DNA from: Trichodesmium erythraeum IMS101
GTDB taxonomy: Bacteria > Cyanobacteriota > Cyanobacteriia > Cyanobacteriales > Microcoleaceae
NCBI RefSeq assembly: GCF_000014265.1
Contig: NC_008312.1
Span: 3,300,001 to 3,332,000, forward strand
DNA length: 32,000 nt
Direction of reading: 5' to 3'
The notes under the pieces are model-generated. The model did no database searches. It was not told where the DNA came from and was given only the letters and a program-made list of their open reading frames with translations. The number at the start of each line of letters is the position of its first letter. The stretch's first letter is position 1. Positions 28,892 to 32,000 of this stretch are shown here, piece after piece. Made by a program: the position numbers and the translations under genes.

Positions 28892-30991
28892 ATGTCTAAT
28901 AGTTATTATATTTATCGTATTCATCTGAAAAATCATCATAATGTGGAAATTGAAAGATATAATCATAAAAAAAAATTGCCAGGAAGCTCGTCTGGAAAGT
29001 TTTGTTATCAAGAAAAAGAAAAAGAAATTCAAAAGCTTTTGGAAGTTGCTATTAATAATGAACTAAATGCAGAACAAACCAGTCAGTTGGGGGAAGCTTT
29101 ATTTAATAGTTTATTTGATTCTAGATTATGCCAAGATTTTATTAATTTTTACTTTGAAGTTGTACAGAAAAAAAAGCAAAAATTACGAATAGAATTAGAT
29201 ATTGATGAAAAAGAAATGCCAGAATTTGCTGCTTTACCTTGGGAATTTTTATGTATTCCTGAAGAAGTTAATCAAGGTACGATTTGGTTAGGAACAGATC
29301 CTAATTTAATATTTTCTCGCCGTCGTGCTTTATGGAATTCTGCTAAGACAATACAATTAGAAAAAGATGAAAAATTGAGAATTGCTTTAGCTATTTCTGC
29401 ACCTGAAAATGAAGGTCCTGTCGAATATGCAGAAGTACAAGAGTATTTAGAAGAGTTGGCTAAGAAACAATCTGAACAAATTGAATTATTACCTATAATA
29501 AATCCAGCTACAAAAATTGAAATTGATAGATTATTAGAGAAAAAACCTCATATTTTTCATTTTATTGGTCATGGTCGTTTTGAGGATGAAGCAGAGAAAA
29601 AAGTAGGAAAAATTGCTTTAGGAAAAAAAGTTGGAAAAAAAATATTAGCTAGATGGGTTAGTGAGAAATTCTTTGCTCAATTATTTGTTCGTCATCGTCC
29701 TGGTATTGTTGTTTTACAAGCTTGTGAAGGAGGAAAGCAGTCTGCATCTGAAGCTTTTAAGGGAGTTGCTTCTAAAATTGTGGCTCAAAGTATTCCTGTG
29801 GTAGTGGCAATGCAATATAAGGTACAGAATGCTACAGCTAATGCTTTTTCTACGGAATTTTATAGGAGATTAGCAAAGGGTGAACCTGTTGATATTGCTG
29901 CTCAAAATGGTCGTCATGATGTGGCTTTACAAACTGATTATTCAGGTAATGATTTTGCTACACCTGTTATTTTTATGAGTGTAGAAGATGGTTGTTTATT
30001 TCAAAAGGAAGAGGTTCAAAAAAAAATAGTATCTGATTCTTTTTCGTTATCTGAAATAAACCCCAACCAAACGTTTAATATTATTGATGATAATGTTGTG
30101 GAAAATCAGAAAAATCAGTGTCTTGATGATAATAATTATGTTTATTTGGCGATAGATTTAAAATTAGAAAGCACAAAAATTCAGAAAAATGATGCAGACA
30201 AATTCCTGGTTAATACATGGTTGGCAATTCCTCAATCTTCTCAAAGTTTTTATCATAAAAATTTGTTAAATACTTTTGAATATAATCGAACTTATAGTCA
30301 GGCAGAGGTTGAAGAAAAAATTATGAAACTAATTGCAGAATGTAATGAAGAATTAGCAAATATTTTCCCTCCAGAAAAAGATTGGGAGATTGCTATAGAA
30401 TGGGTTCTTCCTAATAATTTATTATCTCTACCTGTTGACTGTTGGGAGTATCGAAAAAATGAAAGGATAGGACGTGGTAAATTTCTTTCTGTTCATATTC
30501 GTTCATCTCAACGTTTACACATAGCTTATAAACATTATCATAAATCATGGAAAGATAAATGGAACTATCTTCAGGGAAACATACAAAATATTAATTTGGG
30601 TAACTATATTTTAGCTTGCCAATGTCAAAATATTAATGATAATTATTTGAAAAATATTGATAATAAAAAGAAGATTCTGGGGATTAATTTCCCCTTCAAA
30701 ATAGAAGAGTTAGAAAATATTACTTATGAGTTAATGATAGAAACAGGAATTCCTATAGCTTTGTGGTCTAGATGTAAAGAGTCTAATGTGAATCACCTTA
30801 TAGATTTAGATACATTGATAAACCCCAATAATGAAAATGTTTTAAATCTACAAAATTTACCTGAATATGTGGAACAGAAGAGGTTAGACTCTCATTCAAA
30901 TGACCCTCATCATTTAGGACATCATCTTTGCTTTTTATGTGAAAATCCTTATAATTATCCAATAAAAAGAAAATTAAATTTTGGGTATTAA
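28892..30991 (+). CDS. CHAT-domain (caspase-fold) cysteine protease with uncharacterised, VMAP-C-like C-terminal domain
   Basis: 699 aa. The CHAT core spans about aa 95-370 (LRIELDI...LPWEFL). The catalytic His is in HIFHFIGHG (H227, nt 29570-29572) and the catalytic Cys in VVLQACEGG (C278, nt 29723-29725). The C-terminal ~285 aa carry IEWVLPNNLLSLPVDCWEY, VHIRSSQRL, SWKDKW, GIPIALWSRC and HLCFLCENP. Confidence 0.85.
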   Translation: MSNSYYIYRIHLKNHHNVEIERYNHKKKLPGSSSGKFCYQEKEKEIQKLLEVAINNELNAEQTSQLGEALFNSLFDSRLCQDFINFYFEVVQKKKQKLRIELDIDEKEMPEFAALPWEFLCIPEEVNQGTIWLGTDPNLIFSRRRALWNSAKTIQLEKDEKLRIALAISAPENEGPVEYAEVQEYLEELAKKQSEQIELLPIINPATKIEIDRLLEKKPHIFHFIGHGRFEDEAEKKVGKIALGKKVGKKILARWVSEKFFAQLFVRHRPGIVVLQACEGGKQSASEAFKGVASKIVAQSIPVVVAMQYKVQNATANAFSTEFYRRLAKGEPVDIAAQNGRHDVALQTDYSGNDFATPVIFMSVEDGCLFQKEEVQKKIVSDSFSLSEINPNQTFNIIDDNVVENQKNQCLDDNNYVYLAIDLKLESTKIQKNDADKFLVNTWLAIPQSSQSFYHKNLLNTFEYNRTYSQAEVEEKIMKLIAECNEELANIFPPEKDWEIAIEWVLPNNLLSLPVDCWEYRKNERIGRGKFLSVHIRSSQRLHIAYKHYHKSWKDKWNYLQGNIQNINLGNYILACQCQNINDNYLKNIDNKKKILGINFPFKIEELENITYELMIETGIPIALWSRCKESNVNHLIDLDTLINPNNENVLNLQNLPEYVEQKRLDSHSNDPHHLGHHLCFLCENPYNYPIKRKLNFGY

Positions 30992-31080
30992 TTTAGTACT
31001 GTTTATTAGCTGACCTTGTGGGAAAAATTAATGGATTTGGTAGTAACATTTTATCAGTTTATTAATTTTGAAACCTGAAA

Positions 31081-32000
31081 CATAACACCTGAGAAAAAAA
31101 AGAATGAATTTTGTTAATTCTTACACCTAATACCTAACACCTGAAACTTAAAATTTTAGAAAAAAGAAAAAATTTTGTTCCTTTTTAAACCTCAAACCTA
31201 AAGCCTAAAGCCTAAAAACTAAAGCCTAAAACCTAAAACCTAAAACCTAAAGCCTAAAACCTAAAACCTAAAACCTAAAACCTAAAACCTAAAGCCTAAA
31301 ACCTAAAACCTAAAGTAACACCTAAAACTCATGAGTAAAAAGAACAAATTTTGTTAATTTTTAAACCTAAAACCTAAAGCCTAAAACCTAAAACCTAAAA
31401 CCTAAAGCCTAAAACCTAAAACCTAAAGTAACACCTAAAACTCATGAGTAAAAAGAACAAATTTTGTTAATTTTTAAACCTAAAACCTAAAGCCTAAAAC
31501 CTAAAGCCTAAAACCTAAAACCTAAAACCTAAAACCTAAAACCTAAAGTAACACCTAAAACTCATGAGTAAAAAGAACAAATTTTGTTAATTTTTAAACC
31601 TAAAACCTAAAACCTAAAACCTAACACCTAAAACCCAATACCTAAAGCCTAAAACCTAACACCTAAAACCTAAAACCTAAAGCCTAAAACCTAAAACCTA
31701 AAGCCTAAAACCTAAAACCTAAAGTAACACCTAAAACTCATGAGTAAAAAGAACAAATTTTGTTAATTTTTAAACCTAAAACCTAAAGCCTAAAACCTAA
31801 TACCTAACACCTAAAACCTAAAGCCTAAAACCTAACACCTAAAACCTAAAGTAACACCTAAAACTCATGAGTAAAAAGAACAAATTTTGTTAATTTTTAA
31901 ACCTAAAACCTAAAGCCTAAAACCTAACACCTAACACCTAATACCTAAAGTCTAATACCTAAAACCTAAAACCTAACACCTAACACCTAAAACTTATGAG
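31081..32000. repeat. nested tandem array: 50-bp constant units separated by 9-18 CCTAAAR heptamers (runs off window end)
   Basis: The constant unit taacacctaaaactcatgagtaaaaagaacaaattttgttaatttttaaa occurs at 31316, 31429, 31549, 31725 and 31852, with a partial variant at 31981. Two degenerate units lie at 31081-31125 and 31147-31189. The heptamer blocks between units contain 18, 9, 10, 18, 11 and 11 copies, so unit spacings are 113, 120, 176 and 127 bp and differ by multiples of 7. Confidence 0.9.

Noticed and set aside
31081-32000. CRISPR array interpretation of the constant-unit/variable-segment array
   Set aside because: The 'spacers' are low-complexity heptamer microsatellites of variable length, not unique 30-40-bp sequences. 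The 50-bp constant unit is longer and more AT-rich than typical CRISPR repeats. No cas genes are present in the window.
31190-32000. Telomere-like repeat (minus strand reads TTTTAGG, one base short of algal/plant TTTTAGGG or TTTAGGG)
   Set aside because: The context is clearly bacterial (HIP1 sites, prfB frameshift). The repeats are interrupted by constant units and the sequence continues past the window. Nothing indicates a replicon end, so the resemblance is treated as coincidental.

Overview
This is an AT-rich segment (about one-third G+C by eye) that looks like cyanobacterial chromosome. It has eight exact HIP1 octamers GCGATCGC (starts 2585, 5934, 11156, 12508, 19822, 21911, 22364, 26251) and several heptamer microsatellites, which suggests a filamentous cyanobacterium. 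Coding density is low. Intact genes: MscS-family channel, a sensor-less STAND NTPase, CofH-like radical-SAM enzyme, DUF1400 alpha/beta hydrolase, a 203-aa hypothetical, prfB with its programmed +1 frameshift, BI-1/YccA membrane protein, a lone DUF790/Bax1-type nuclease, two tandem L,D-transpeptidases, YebC, a histidine phosphatase, a lumenal-type pentapeptide-repeat protein and a small cupin. Between them lie decayed gene fragments (WD40, HsdR_N-like nuclease, two IS630-type pieces, a Zn-ribbon transposase piece, RTX repeats, TnpB N-terminus, PG-binding domain). There are also long ORF-free, very AT-rich spacers, the largest at 15.1-17.6 kb. The best candidate for an undescribed system is at 27.9-31.0 kb. 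It is an AT-rich two-gene operon encoding an unrecognisable beta-rich ~300-aa protein and a 699-aa CHAT (caspase-fold) protease. The protease has a C-terminal module that resembles VMAP-C from memory, and no MoxR, vWA or STAND partner lies in cis. The operon is preceded by a ~67-bp tandem duplication. It is followed by a nested repeat array, 50-bp constant units separated by 9-18 CCTAAAR heptamers, that runs off the window end. No rRNA, tRNA or CRISPR array was seen. All domain calls come from motif recognition by eye, with no database search.
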